Shown: piece by piece, positions 48,927-58,870 of the stretch | Numbering within the stretch: position 1 is the first letter of the stretch | Layout: every line of letters starts with the position of its first letter | Assembly (NCBI GenBank): GCA_963674705.1 | Contig: OY771506.1 | Span: 2,688,001-2,752,000 of the forward strand | Length of the DNA: 64,000 bases | Direction of reading: 5' to 3' | Origin: Phycisphaeraceae bacterium | GTDB taxonomy: Bacteria > Planctomycetota > Phycisphaerae > Phycisphaerales > Phycisphaeraceae | Translations under genes and position numbers: made by a program | The notes under the pieces: generated by a model | The model's input: the letters and a program-made list of their open reading frames with translations, nothing else | Databases searched by the model: none | What the model was told of the DNA's origin: nothing

Positions 48927-50624
48927 TCAACGACAACGCCGACGCAACATCAACCCCGCGCCTGTAACGAATAGAGCAACCGTTCCCGGTTCGGGGATCG
49001 TCGCAACGAAAATGCCTTCGCTGTCGTCGGTAAATCGCAGCCAGAACACAAGCTGTCCGACGTTGTTGAATACGATGGGCCGTCCGTCTTCTCCACCGGA
49101 TAGAACAGTAGTGTTAAATCCAAAACCACTTACAGTACGCAGGTCTTCGATCAACGGATCATTATTGACATCGATAACGTCACCCAGACGTACTATGAGC
49201 TGTAATACATCGTTTGTATCGGTCGCCCAGATCCCAGCGCTATTCGAAGAGTCCAAACCCGATCCGGTTAATCTAGCTGAGAATGCAACCTGCCCCGCTC
49301 CGTTGAGCGTGTATGTGTTAAAAGAAGGGCCAAACAGTACACCGGTCTCGGTGCCGGGTGCTTGATTACCTTCACGGGCGACTAAACGTAAAGAGCCAAC
49401 CTCACCAATCCATATACCTTGATCGTTAGATGTGTTTACGTTTGGGCCGGTCAGACTACCAACGAATACAACCTGCCCCTTGCTGTTCAGTACTGGTGAG
49501 CTGAATTGATAGTTCGTTATACGATTACCACCGAACACGTCGCCGGGAGTTGCGCCGGGTGCGGGATCTCCTTTACGGGCTATTAGATGTAGCGAACCAG
49601 AATCTTCCAACCAAACGCCGATATTATTTGTGCTGTCCACTAGCGGGCCCGTAAGGCTACTAACAAATGCTGTCTGGCCGGCATTATTAATTACCGGCTC
49701 TTTTACATCATCGCCAAAGCTACCAAAAACCGTGCCTTCCCCCGCGCCTGGAGCGGTACTGCCTCTTTGGGCAACTAGATGTAAGAATCCGCCACCTTCA
49801 GACCAGACACCCAAATTGTTGGAGGTGTCTATGCCCGGACCAGCGAGCACAGATATGAATGCGGTTTGTCCTGCATCATTTAGTGTGGGAGTACCAAAAG
49901 CAAAGTATCCATTTGAGCCAAAGACCACACCATCGGGTGTGCCTGGAGCGGTATCGCCCACACCTGCAATCAATTCTAATGTACCGGATCTATTGGACCA
50001 GATACCCGAGCTATTGGTGTATGGGATTATGGTCAGGCCTGAGACTTCTGCTTTGAATGCAGTGTGCCCCGAGTTATTGAACATCGGACCTGCGTAAGGA
50101 AGGCCCTCGAACAGCGCAAATACCACACCATCAGGGGTGCCGGGCGCTAAATCACCTTCTCTGGCTACGAGATTAATGGAATTCAAACCACCAGACCATA
50201 TACCCCAGTCTTTTGCGTTCGTTACAGTCGGACTCTCTGAGAGTATCCCTATGTACGAAACCTCTCCAGTATCATTAATCGCAAGAGCAGTAAACGCTCG
50301 GTAATATTCCTCTGGTGCAATACCAGGCGCAGCCCCACGAACGATTAAACTCAAATCTCCGGTTGATTCCGACCATATGCCGGATCTGTTTAAGTTATCC
50401 ACATCAGTATCTGTGACGATGCCGCTAAATGCGATTTGTCCAAGATCGTTTATCGCTGCATTCCCAAATGATTCGTATAGGAATGATGTGCCTGGGGCGA
50501 TTTCACCTGTTAAGGTGACCGTGCGCATCGATACATCTGCGCGACCGACATTAGTCAAAATCGATAAGGTTAATAAAACAAATGTAGGAATTCGGATATA
50601 CGTCTTAAATAACTTCCCGGGCAT
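48927..50624 (-). CDS. PEP-CTERM protein with tandem NxxGxxAF repeats
   Basis: Repeats INDLGQIAF, NNSGHTAF, NDAGQTAF, NNAGQTAF, NGAGQVAF; IPEP-TM-RRR; ATG 50624. Confidence 0.85.
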   Translation of the reverse strand: MPGKLFKTYIRIPTFVLLTLSILTNVGRADVSMRTVTLTGEIAPGTSFLYESFGNAAINDLGQIAFSGIVTDTDVDNLNRSGIWSESTGDLSLIVRGAAPGIAPEEYYRAFTALAINDTGEVSYIGILSESPTVTNAKDWGIWSGGLNSINLVAREGDLAPGTPDGVVFALFEGLPYAGPMFNNSGHTAFKAEVSGLTIIPYTNSSGIWSNRSGTLELIAGVGDTAPGTPDGVVFGSNGYFAFGTPTLNDAGQTAFISVLAGPGIDTSNNLGVWSEGGGFLHLVAQRGSTAPGAGEGTVFGSFGDDVKEPVINNAGQTAFVSSLTGPLVDSTNNIGVWLEDSGSLHLIARKGDPAPGATPGDVFGGNRITNYQFSSPVLNSKGQVVFVGSLTGPNVNTSNDQGIWIGEVGSLRLVAREGNQAPGTETGVLFGPSFNTYTLNGAGQVAFSARLTGSGLDSSNSAGIWATDTNDVLQLIVRLGDVIDVNNDPLIEDLRTVSGFGFNTTVLSGGEDGRPIVFNNVGQLVFWLRFTDDSEGIFVATIPEPGTVALFVTGAGLMLRRRCR

Positions 50625-50724
50625 TTGATTCTCTTTCTCAAATAGATTCTCAGTCCAGTTGCTACAGCGACCCACTGCTTTCTCCGCTCCTTACGGAATA
50701 CCTGGCTGATGATCGTTGCCGCAT

Positions 50725-52311
50725 TCAACATCGCTGCCGTCGCAACATCAACCCCGCGCCTGCAATCACTAATCCAATCGTCCCCGGCTCGGGGATGAAC
50801 AGTAGCTGGATGCCGTTGATGAAGCCGTCCGCGGGGGAATAGATGTCAAGCGTCAGGCCTGTTTCTCTGACGTATACCTGGTGGATCGAGTGGGTGATGC
50901 CTTGTTCCAGCTTGCCGTCATAGATGCCGGTGTTTATGGCAGTCAGTGTTTCCCAGCCGAACGGGGTGACGGTTGATTGATGGGGGTAATCCTGTCGGCC
51001 GGTTGTGTAGACGATGACGTAGTAGCCGCCGACGGGCAGGCCCTGGATGTTAAGTGTGAAGTTGTTTCGAACGCTCACGAGATAATCGCCGAGCAGGGGG
51101 GTCTCTTCCTGGCCGAAAGGTTGAGAATGGGGTGTGACGTCGAACAGGTTCTGCGTTGCGGAGAGTGTGATGCTGGTCAGGTTGCCTGATTCGTCTCGGA
51201 TACCGCCCCGTGGGGTGGAAGTAATCGCATCAATCACGTTCCAGTAGCCTGCCAGACCTGCGCCGGCATAACTGCTGTTGGGCCCGGCCCCAAGTGCGCC
51301 GAAGTCGATATTAACGGTACTGACGGCATCGGTGATTACTGGATCAGTCGATGAACTTGCCGGCATAATACTCGCGACGCGGAACCCGAGGTAATCGTTG
51401 GCAAATGATTCTTCCGGGCTTAGATAACGCGTTAATGCATGAAGCAAAGAACTGCTGTCGCCTGCTGAACCCCCACGGACGATGCGTCCACTTTGGAACC
51501 GCGTCTCGGTCCATTCCATTGCGTTGCCATTCTGATCGTATGTCCCGTACGGGCTGGCGGCTTCGGTATAAGCCCCCACGTTCGTGAAGGGGACCACACC
51601 CGAGGTGGAAGCTGTGCCTGATACGGCATACCCGTCATTGAAGCCGTTGGCGATACCGTCATCATAAAAAAAGTTGACGGCTGCCGGGTTATCCTCGGGG
51701 CGATCACTGATGGGTCTTTCGTTACTGCCGGTAGCGTATGAGAAGTAAGTGGGGTTTGTATTGGCGGCGTTATGGTATGCCGCTTTATACCACTCGTTCT
51801 CGGTCGGTATAAAGTAATCAGCGTCTGCATGGCGGGTAATTTGATCTGCCGGCAGGGACAGGTCATAAACACCCGATTCGGTGTTGGCATCGCCTTGTCC
51901 GTTTTGCAGCCAATTGATGAAACGCGCGGCGCTCAGCCACGAAACGGCCGTGACCGGGTGATTTTCCCTGCCTGATTTTGAAAGATATCGAGGGCCCGAA
52001 GTCGTTAATTCGGTTGCGAGCCCGCCTGTATTGTAATAAAGCATCTTTGGGTCGACCAAGCCCAAATCGTAAGCTTCTTGAAAACCCACGGCGTTGAGAA
52101 ACTCAACGTATTGAGCGTTGGTGACTTCGTATTTGCTTATGCTGAAGTCATAGTCAACCGCGCCAATACCACGGTAGTCGCCGGTGTTCCCGGCGTTGTC
52201 GACTTCGACCCAATTAAAGGTGACCTCGGCCAACGCAGCCTGATGGCCGGCGGCAACAGTTAAAATAAGAATGGCGCAGAAGGCATATGTTTTTAACAGC
52301 TTCCCGGTCAT
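50725..52311 (-). CDS. PEP-CTERM protein with SUMF1/FGE-sulfatase-like domain
   Basis: ISKYEVTNAQYVEFLN, PTENEWYKAAY, YDQNGNAMEW, GFRV; second beta domain; IPEP-TM-RRQR; ATG 52311. Confidence 0.85.
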   Translation of the reverse strand: MTGKLLKTYAFCAILILTVAAGHQAALAEVTFNWVEVDNAGNTGDYRGIGAVDYDFSISKYEVTNAQYVEFLNAVGFQEAYDLGLVDPKMLYYNTGGLATELTTSGPRYLSKSGRENHPVTAVSWLSAARFINWLQNGQGDANTESGVYDLSLPADQITRHADADYFIPTENEWYKAAYHNAANTNPTYFSYATGSNERPISDRPEDNPAAVNFFYDDGIANGFNDGYAVSGTASTSGVVPFTNVGAYTEAASPYGTYDQNGNAMEWTETRFQSGRIVRGGSAGDSSSLLHALTRYLSPEESFANDYLGFRVASIMPASSSTDPVITDAVSTVNIDFGALGAGPNSSYAGAGLAGYWNVIDAITSTPRGGIRDESGNLTSITLSATQNLFDVTPHSQPFGQEETPLLGDYLVSVRNNFTLNIQGLPVGGYYVIVYTTGRQDYPHQSTVTPFGWETLTAINTGIYDGKLEQGITHSIHQVYVRETGLTLDIYSPADGFINGIQLLFIPEPGTIGLVIAGAGLMLRRQRC

Positions 52312-52438
52312 TTTCAGTTTCCCCACTAATTAAGAATCTCAGTCCAGTTGCCACAGCGGCCCCACGGCTTTCTCCGCTCCCCGGATTGCCGGGGCGGGCT
52401 CGGCACAACCGGCCTGAATTAAGACAGGCAATGAGCCA

Positions 52439-52466
52439 AGTATCGTCGGATCAGCGCACCTGTCAA
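52439..52466 (-). promoter_or_regulatory. sigma70-type promoter for the PEP-CTERM pair
   Basis: Minus strand TTGACA, 16 nt, GATACT. Confidence 0.55.
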
Positions 52467-52656
52467 TCATTATTTGCGCAAATTTTGTGATAGAATGCAC
52501 TTAGCTTGCCTAGATTGACATTGATGGCTGGGGATTCGGGATTGGGGACTGGGGGGAGAAGGTGCTGGCTTGCATCCTGATTCGCCCCTCCATACACTAT
52601 TGGGCTCGATACGAATCGATTTAGATGCAATACCCCGCTTGAGAAGGGCTCATGCC

Positions 52657-52935
52657 ATGCCACGAGTTTGTTCATTAACCGGCCGCCGTACCTCCACCGG
52701 TCGAACCTACACCCTCCGCGGTAAAGCCAAATACCTCGGCGGCGTCGGTACCAAGGTCACCGGCAAGACCAAGCGTAAGTTCCGCCCGAACATCCAGACC
52801 GTCACCGCCCTGGTCGACGGCAGCCCCAAGCGGATCAAGGTCTCGACCAAGGCCATCAAGAGCGGCCTGGTCGTCAAGCCCCTGAAGCGGAAGTACGCCT
52901 ACAATCCTGAAGCACAGGCTGAAGGCAGCAAGTAA
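52657..52935 (+). CDS. rpmB: 50S ribosomal protein L28 (long form)
   Basis: MPRVCSLTG..RGKAKYLGGVG..TKRKFRPNIQ..IKVST. Confidence 0.92.
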   Translation: MPRVCSLTGRRTSTGRTYTLRGKAKYLGGVGTKVTGKTKRKFRPNIQTVTALVDGSPKRIKVSTKAIKSGLVVKPLKRKYAYNPEAQAEGSK

Positions 52936-53215
52936 TTCCATAGCTCGTACATTCCAGGCGCACGGCCCGGCCGTGCCGCCTGTATTTTAATAGCTCGAAT
53001 AGGTCAGTTTACCCTTGACCTGAACACACAAGACGCCAATCCTACTAGTAGATCAGGCATCGGATCCGGGGGGCAGATCACGCGGGAACGACAATCGACG
53101 AGGCCAGCGAACCACCCACCGGCCCGATTGAAACAGTTTTCCCAACGCCGGACGTTTACATCGCAAAGACACACGACCTGCCGACGATGCCCACCCGTCG
53201 GCCGGAATAACGCGC

Positions 53216-55165
53216 ATGGCCATCCGTGAGGACATCAAAGATCGCGTCCAGCAGGCGACGGATATCGTCCGCCTGATCGGCGAGCAGGTGGCGCTGCGTC
53301 CCAAGGGCAAGGAATTTGCCGGCCTATGCCCGTTCCACGACGATAAAAACCCGTCCATGCAGGTCTCGCCCGCCAAGCAGATCTACAAATGCTTCAGTTG
53401 CGGGGCAGGCGGCGATGTCTTCAGCTTCGTGATGAACTATCACAAGATGAGCTTCCCCGAGGCGATCAAACACCTGGCGGAGCGAGCGGGGATTGAAGTT
53501 GAAGATCGGGTATCGGGTTTCGGGGATCGGGATTCGGGCCCGAGCGAGCGGGATCAGTTACGGGAAGCAAACGGGCAGGCGATGGAGTTTTTCCGCATAC
53601 TGCTGAAACACCCCGAACACGGACAGGTCGCACGGGATTACATCGAACGTCGCGGGATCAGCCCCGAAATGGTTGCCGGTTTCCAGATCGGCTATGCCCC
53701 GGATCGCTGGGACGGGCTCGTGCAGATGATCCAATCCAAAGGCTGGGCAAACCGAGGTTTCGAACTTGCCGGCCTAGTCAGCCAACGTGACTCCGGCGGC
53801 TTTTACGATCGCATGCGCCACCGTCTGATCTTCCCGATCTTCGACGCGATCGGCAGACCCATCGCCTTCGGCGGTCGCAAGCTGCGTGAAGAAGATGAGC
53901 CCAAATACCTCAATAGCCCTGAAACCAAGCTCTTCAACAAGTCCACCACGCTCTACGGCCTGCACCTTGCCAAGAAACCCATCATCGATCAAAAAACCGC
54001 GGTCATCGTCGAGGGTTATACCGATGTGATCGCCTGCCACCAGGGCGGGGCATGTAATGTTGTAGCCACGCTCGGTACAGCCTTAACGGCCGGGCACGTC
54101 TCGGAGCTTCGCCGGTATGCGGAAAAGGTCGTGCTGATCTTCGATGGCGATGTGGCTGGGCAGAAGGCGGCGGACAGGGCGGTGGAACTGTTCCTGACCG
54201 GTGATCTGGATGTCTTTATCGCGATCCTGCCCGGCGGGCTTGATCCTGCGGACCTATTTGCCCAGGAGCATGGCCGCCAGCAGTGGGATGATGCGATCAG
54301 TAAGGCACAGGACGCCCTCAGCTACCAGTTTGCCCGTTTATCCGAGCAACTGGATGAAGCCGGCACACTGACAGGCCGGCAAAACCTTGCGGACGGTTAT
54401 ATGACTCGGCTGGCCCAACTCGGTCTGTCAAATACCGGCTCGATCCGGCGGGCCTTGGTAGTGCAGCGGTTGGCCCAGATGCTGCACATGAGCGAGCAGG
54501 CGGTCAGCGAACTTCTGACACAGAAGGCCCAGACGGTCCGGCGTACTCCGATACCGCACACACCGTCCGATAACGAACGTGAAGATAGGCAATTATCAAA
54601 TCATGGGATAACCGAGGAATCGGCCCTATTTGAAGTTGCCCCGGCCGATTCTCGGCGTAAACTTAAGGCGTTGGCACTGGCGGAACGGCAGGTGATCGGA
54701 TGCCTTATCCGAGATAACCAACGCTTTACAAACGTGTTAATCGACGGCCGACCGTTCGATGAAGCGGTCACGCTGGCCGATTTTGTTACGCCGGAGAACC
54801 GCAAACTGTTCGAAAGGATTTATAGCCGTCTCGCGGACGGCCAATCGATCACGATCGCGGGCATGCTCAGTGATCTGGCATCGAATAATGAACAGCCTTT
54901 GTCGAACGTGCTTACCCAGGCTGATGCCGAGGTCGAGGCTTGCTCCGGCGGGAAGAACAATCAGGAGGAGGAGTTGCTGATTACGGCCGCGCAGGCCTTG
55001 GTTCAGCATCAGAGGGAGGCGACCTATCAGCGGAACAGGCAGACCCTCAGCAATGACATCACTGTGGCGAGCGGCGAACAAGACGCGGCCCAGCTTTTAA
55101 GGCAGATGATTGAGCACCGAAGAGACAACCCCTCACCGGTGCGAATTGCCAGAACACGAAAGTGA
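53216..55165 (+). CDS. dnaG: DNA primase
   Basis: CPFHDDKNPS..CFSCG zinc finger, FGGR, KYLNSPET, VEGYTDV, FDGDVAG TOPRIM, DPAD. Confidence 0.96.
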   Translation: MAIREDIKDRVQQATDIVRLIGEQVALRPKGKEFAGLCPFHDDKNPSMQVSPAKQIYKCFSCGAGGDVFSFVMNYHKMSFPEAIKHLAERAGIEVEDRVSGFGDRDSGPSERDQLREANGQAMEFFRILLKHPEHGQVARDYIERRGISPEMVAGFQIGYAPDRWDGLVQMIQSKGWANRGFELAGLVSQRDSGGFYDRMRHRLIFPIFDAIGRPIAFGGRKLREEDEPKYLNSPETKLFNKSTTLYGLHLAKKPIIDQKTAVIVEGYTDVIACHQGGACNVVATLGTALTAGHVSELRRYAEKVVLIFDGDVAGQKAADRAVELFLTGDLDVFIAILPGGLDPADLFAQEHGRQQWDDAISKAQDALSYQFARLSEQLDEAGTLTGRQNLADGYMTRLAQLGLSNTGSIRRALVVQRLAQMLHMSEQAVSELLTQKAQTVRRTPIPHTPSDNEREDRQLSNHGITEESALFEVAPADSRRKLKALALAERQVIGCLIRDNQRFTNVLIDGRPFDEAVTLADFVTPENRKLFERIYSRLADGQSITIAGMLSDLASNNEQPLSNVLTQADAEVEACSGGKNNQEEELLITAAQALVQHQREATYQRNRQTLSNDITVASGEQDAAQLLRQMIEHRRDNPSPVRIARTRK

Positions 55166-55312
55166 TCGGGGATGGATTCAAGTGAGGGGAGACTGCGGTC
55201 ATCGAAGGCAAAGGAGGCCTGCGATGGACAAGACAAGGACGTGAAACCGAGCTAACAGCTTCGGCATCAAGAGACGCGGCCGGCATAGGGCCGGCACAAA
55301 GAGGCACAAGCT

Positions 55313-57070
55313 TTGATTAACGTATTACACCCAGCGGTTCTCGAACTCATCCAAGGCGGCCTTCAGCGTGGATTCATCACGTTTGATGAACTCAACGCGT
55401 TATTGCCTGACGAGTACGTCGATCCGGACAAGATCGATGAGTTGCTCGCGCAGTTCCTGCGTGAAGAGATCAGGTTGATCGACAATATCTCGGTTCCGCA
55501 GGAATACAAGCCCAAGATCATCCGCCCGGACATCGTCGAGCCGGACCCTGTTTCGGAAGAAGAAGCCGAAGTTCAAACCGACGATGAAGGCGAGACGCTG
55601 CTCACCCCCGAGCAGGCCAAGGCCGAGTTCGCCCAGGCATTGCAGGACGCGGTCAGCAAGCGTATCGACGACCCGGTCCGTATGTACCTGACGCAGATGG
55701 GCGAGATCAGCCTGCTTACCCGCGAAGAGGAAATCCGCCTCGCCAAGAAGATCGAAACGACCCGCATGATCTTCCGTCGACAGGTGCTGGAAAACGACTA
55801 CTCCATCAAGAGTTCCGTGGAAGTGCTCGAGCAGGTCCATGAAGGCGATCTGCCGTTCGACCGCACGATGAAGATCTCGACCGCGGAAGACGACGCCAAG
55901 GGCAAGATCGCCGCCCGTATCCCTGTGAACCTCAAGACCGTCAAGCGGCTGCTTGAACTGAACCGTCTGGATTGGGAAGAACTGGATTCAACCGGCCGAA
56001 TCTCCAAGACGCGTTCAGATGCCATCCAGCAACGCATCGCCACCCGCCGCCGTAAGATGGCGACGCTTATCGAAGAGTTGAGCCTGCGTACCAGCAAGGT
56101 TCAGCCGCTGCTCAAGAAGCTGCGTTCGATCGCCGCAAAGATGATCGAACTGCGTGACACGATCGAAAAGGCAGATCAGTATCCAGATCGCTACGATCCG
56201 GAAGACATCATGGTCATGCGTGAAGAGCTGGCCGGGATGCGCAGCCTCGTGCTATGTGAGCCCGATGAACTGATGCAGCGCGTCAGGATGATCGCCATGG
56301 TCTTCGATGAATACGAACAAGCCAAGCGCGATTTGTCCGGCGGCAACCTGCGTCTGGTCGTCTCCATCGCCAAGAAGTACCGCAACCGCGGCCTGTCGTT
56401 CCTCGACATCATTCAGGAAGGCAACACCGGCCTGATGCGTGCCGTCGACAAGTACGAATACAAGCGTGGTTACAAGTTCTCGACATACGCGACTTGGTGG
56501 ATCCGCCAGGCGATCACCCGCGCGATCGCCGACCACGCCCGTACGATCCGTATCCCCGTGCACATGATCGAGACGATGAGCAAGCTGCGCAACATCGCCA
56601 AGAACCTGCTTCAGGACCTTGGCCGCGAGCCAACCATCGAGGAGATCGCGGAAGCCGCGCAGATGCCGGTCAGTGAAGCACGCCGTGTGATGAAGATCAG
56701 CCGTCATCCAATCAGCCTCGACCGCCCGGTCGGCGAGAGCGAAGATTCCTACTTCGGCGACTTCATCGAAGACGAAGCGGCCGACAACCCCTCGGAAACC
56801 GCGACCAGCGACATGCTCCGCGGCCGGATCGAACAGGTCCTCAAGACACTGACCTACCGCGAACGCGAAATCATCAAGCTGCGTTACGGCATCGGTGACG
56901 GCTACACCTACACACTCGAAGAGGTCGGCCGAATCTTCAAGGTTACCCGCGAACGTGTGCGACAGGTCGAAGCCAAGGCCATCCGCAAACTCCAACACCC
57001 CGTCCGAGCCCGCAAACTCCAGGGCTTCGTCGACGGCACACTCGAAGAGGAAGAAGTCGTTCGCAACTGA
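55313..57070 (+). CDS. rpoD: primary sigma factor RpoD
   Basis: [51 protein letters not shown] start with AGAGG SD. Confidence 0.96.
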   Translation: MINVLHPAVLELIQGGLQRGFITFDELNALLPDEYVDPDKIDELLAQFLREEIRLIDNISVPQEYKPKIIRPDIVEPDPVSEEEAEVQTDDEGETLLTPEQAKAEFAQALQDAVSKRIDDPVRMYLTQMGEISLLTREEEIRLAKKIETTRMIFRRQVLENDYSIKSSVEVLEQVHEGDLPFDRTMKISTAEDDAKGKIAARIPVNLKTVKRLLELNRLDWEELDSTGRISKTRSDAIQQRIATRRRKMATLIEELSLRTSKVQPLLKKLRSIAAKMIELRDTIEKADQYPDRYDPEDIMVMREELAGMRSLVLCEPDELMQRVRMIAMVFDEYEQAKRDLSGGNLRLVVSIAKKYRNRGLSFLDIIQEGNTGLMRAVDKYEYKRGYKFSTYATWWIRQAITRAIADHARTIRIPVHMIETMSKLRNIAKNLLQDLGREPTIEEIAEAAQMPVSEARRVMKISRHPISLDRPVGESEDSYFGDFIEDEAADNPSETATSDMLRGRIEQVLKTLTYREREIIKLRYGIGDGYTYTLEEVGRIFKVTRERVRQVEAKAIRKLQHPVRARKLQGFVDGTLEEEEVVRN

Positions 57071-57108
57071 TCGGAACAAAACCGAACACGCAACCTTATT
57101 AAACAACA

Positions 57109-57135
57109 GCCCCACCCGGAAGGGTGGGGTTTTTT
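57109..57135 (+). terminator. intrinsic terminator after rpoD
   Basis: GCCCCACCC-GGAA-GGGTGGGGT followed by a T-tract. Confidence 0.85.
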
Positions 57136-57174
57136 CGTGTGATTTTTCAACAGATATTGTGTTTATAAACGACT

Positions 57175-57221
57175 GAGCCGTGGTGCCCTCACCGCGGACC
57201 GCGTCGGGGGCGACGCGGCTC
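57175..57221. repeat. inverted pair of REP-like palindromes
   Basis: GAGCCGTGGTGCCCTCACCGCGG and inverted GAGCCGCGTCGCCCCCGACGCGG between convergent genes. Confidence 0.55.
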
Positions 57222-57233
57222 GGATAAGTGAAA

Positions 57234-58163
57234 CTACTCTGCGAACATTGCGTCCACGAACTTCGCGGGATCGAATGGTTCGACGTCGTCCGGCGTCTCG
57301 CCCACGCCGATGAACTTCACGGGCAGGTTCAGTTCTTCACGGATGGCGATGACGATACCGCCGCGGGCGGTGCCGTCGAGTTTGGACAGGAAGATGCCCG
57401 TGACATCCGTTGCTTCGGCGAAGACCTTGGCCTGGTTAATGCCGTTCTGACCCGTCGTCGCGTCGATCACGAGGATGACTTCGTGCGGTGCACCTTCAAT
57501 TTGTTTGGCAACGACTGAGCGGATCTTGGTTAATTGCCGCATCAGGTGATCTTGCGTGTGCAGACGTCCTGCTGTGTCCAGCACGAGTACGTCTACGCCG
57601 CGCGATTTGGCTGCCTGAGCCGCGTCGAAAGCTACTGCCGCAGGGTCGCCGCCTTGCTGGCCCTTGATGACCTGCACGCCTAAGCGTTCGCTCCACACTT
57701 CAAGCTGCTCGACTGCCGCGGCGCGGAAGGTATCGCAGGCCGCGAGCATCACGCTCTTGCCTTCATCGCGCAGGCTCTTGGTGATCTTGGCGATACTTGT
57801 GGTTTTCCCCGCGCCGTTGATCCCGGCGACCAGAATTACCGTCGGCCCACTTCCGGGGGGTGCGAACTTCAGGCTGCGGTCGATCTGCGGGTAATACGCA
57901 CGCAACTGATCCTTGAGAAACTCAAGCGCCTGATCGCCCGACTCGATCTCGCCACGCTCGTAGCCGGCCTGGATGTCCTTGCGGATTTCGATCGCGGTCT
58001 TGATCCCTATATCTGCCTGGATCATCGCCCGCTCAAGCTCCTTGAGCAGATCCGGGCTCAGCTTTTTGCCGGTCAGGATTGTCCGCACCGTCGCCGCCGA
58101 CCCGCTGCGCGTCCGCGCCAGGCCTTGCTTGAGCTTGTTGAGTGCAGATTTGAAGATGCTCAT
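57234..58163 (-). CDS. ftsY: SRP receptor FtsY (NG domain only)
   Basis: GINGAGKTT, DTFRAAA, DTAGR, DATTGQN, KLDGTARGG; ATG 58163. Confidence 0.95.
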   Translation of the reverse strand: MSIFKSALNKLKQGLARTRSGSAATVRTILTGKKLSPDLLKELERAMIQADIGIKTAIEIRKDIQAGYERGEIESGDQALEFLKDQLRAYYPQIDRSLKFAPPGSGPTVILVAGINGAGKTTSIAKITKSLRDEGKSVMLAACDTFRAAAVEQLEVWSERLGVQVIKGQQGGDPAAVAFDAAQAAKSRGVDVLVLDTAGRLHTQDHLMRQLTKIRSVVAKQIEGAPHEVILVIDATTGQNGINQAKVFAEATDVTGIFLSKLDGTARGGIVIAIREELNLPVKFIGVGETPDDVEPFDPAKFVDAMFAE

Positions 58164-58276
58164 AGGGGTGGGTATCGGGTATCGGTGTTCGGGTATCGGG
58201 AAGAATGATAGAGGAATTTGCCAGCTCATGATGCAACACGATTCATCGCGTTACAAAAAGCTAATGGCTAAAGGCT

Positions 58277-58792
58277 TCAAATGCCCCCTCCGCCCAATGC
58301 GTCGTCTAACCAGACTTCGGCGCTGGGCTGAGTCGCATCGGCTGAGGCCGGCTGAATCTCGACCGGTTCGCCGGCCTGCATTTTTGCGAGCTTGTCGAGG
58401 ATACCATTAACGAACGACGGGCTCTGCTCGCTGGCGTACTGCTTGGCAAGCTCGACCGCCTCATTGATCGCGACCTTCGGCGGCGTGATTCCTGAAACAA
58501 TCTCGTGATACGCCAACCGCAATATCGCACGGTCCACCGGCGGCTGACGATGCGTCGGCCAGTCCGGCGACAACATCTCCACCTTCTTGTCCGCCTCTTG
58601 GTGATCCGTCCAGGCTTTCAGCGCCAAGTCCACGCCTTGCTCTCGCACTGCTTGCTTATCAAATTCGGTATCCAGCCCGTCCAGCAGCGTCTGCCGATCG
58701 GCTTCCCCGCTGACGTCCAATTGATACAACACCTGCATCGCCAAGCGACGCACGTCTCTTCGTTTTCCTGTTGTCGCGTCCTGTTCCGTCAT
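58277..58792 (-). CDS. nusB: transcription antitermination factor NusB
   Basis: RRLAMQVLYQ, VDRAILRLA, VAINEAVELAK, FVNGILD. Confidence 0.95.
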   Translation of the reverse strand: MTEQDATTGKRRDVRRLAMQVLYQLDVSGEADRQTLLDGLDTEFDKQAVREQGVDLALKAWTDHQEADKKVEMLSPDWPTHRQPPVDRAILRLAYHEIVSGITPPKVAINEAVELAKQYASEQSPSFVNGILDKLAKMQAGEPVEIQPASADATQPSAEVWLDDALGGGGI

Positions 58793-58870
58793 GTTTCCTG
58801 TCACTTCGTGAAGCCATTAGCTATTAGCCGTTAGCCATTAGCAATACAATTCATACTTCAAGCCTCAAGC

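Noticed and set aside
50725..52311. Diversity-generating retroelement target (FGE/C-type lectin fold)
   Set aside because: No reverse transcriptase and no template/variable repeat pair seen in the window
58164..58229. N-terminal extension of FtsY (PIPEHRYPIPTP)
   Set aside because: It is the translation of the heptamer repeat; the more plausible start is ATG 58163
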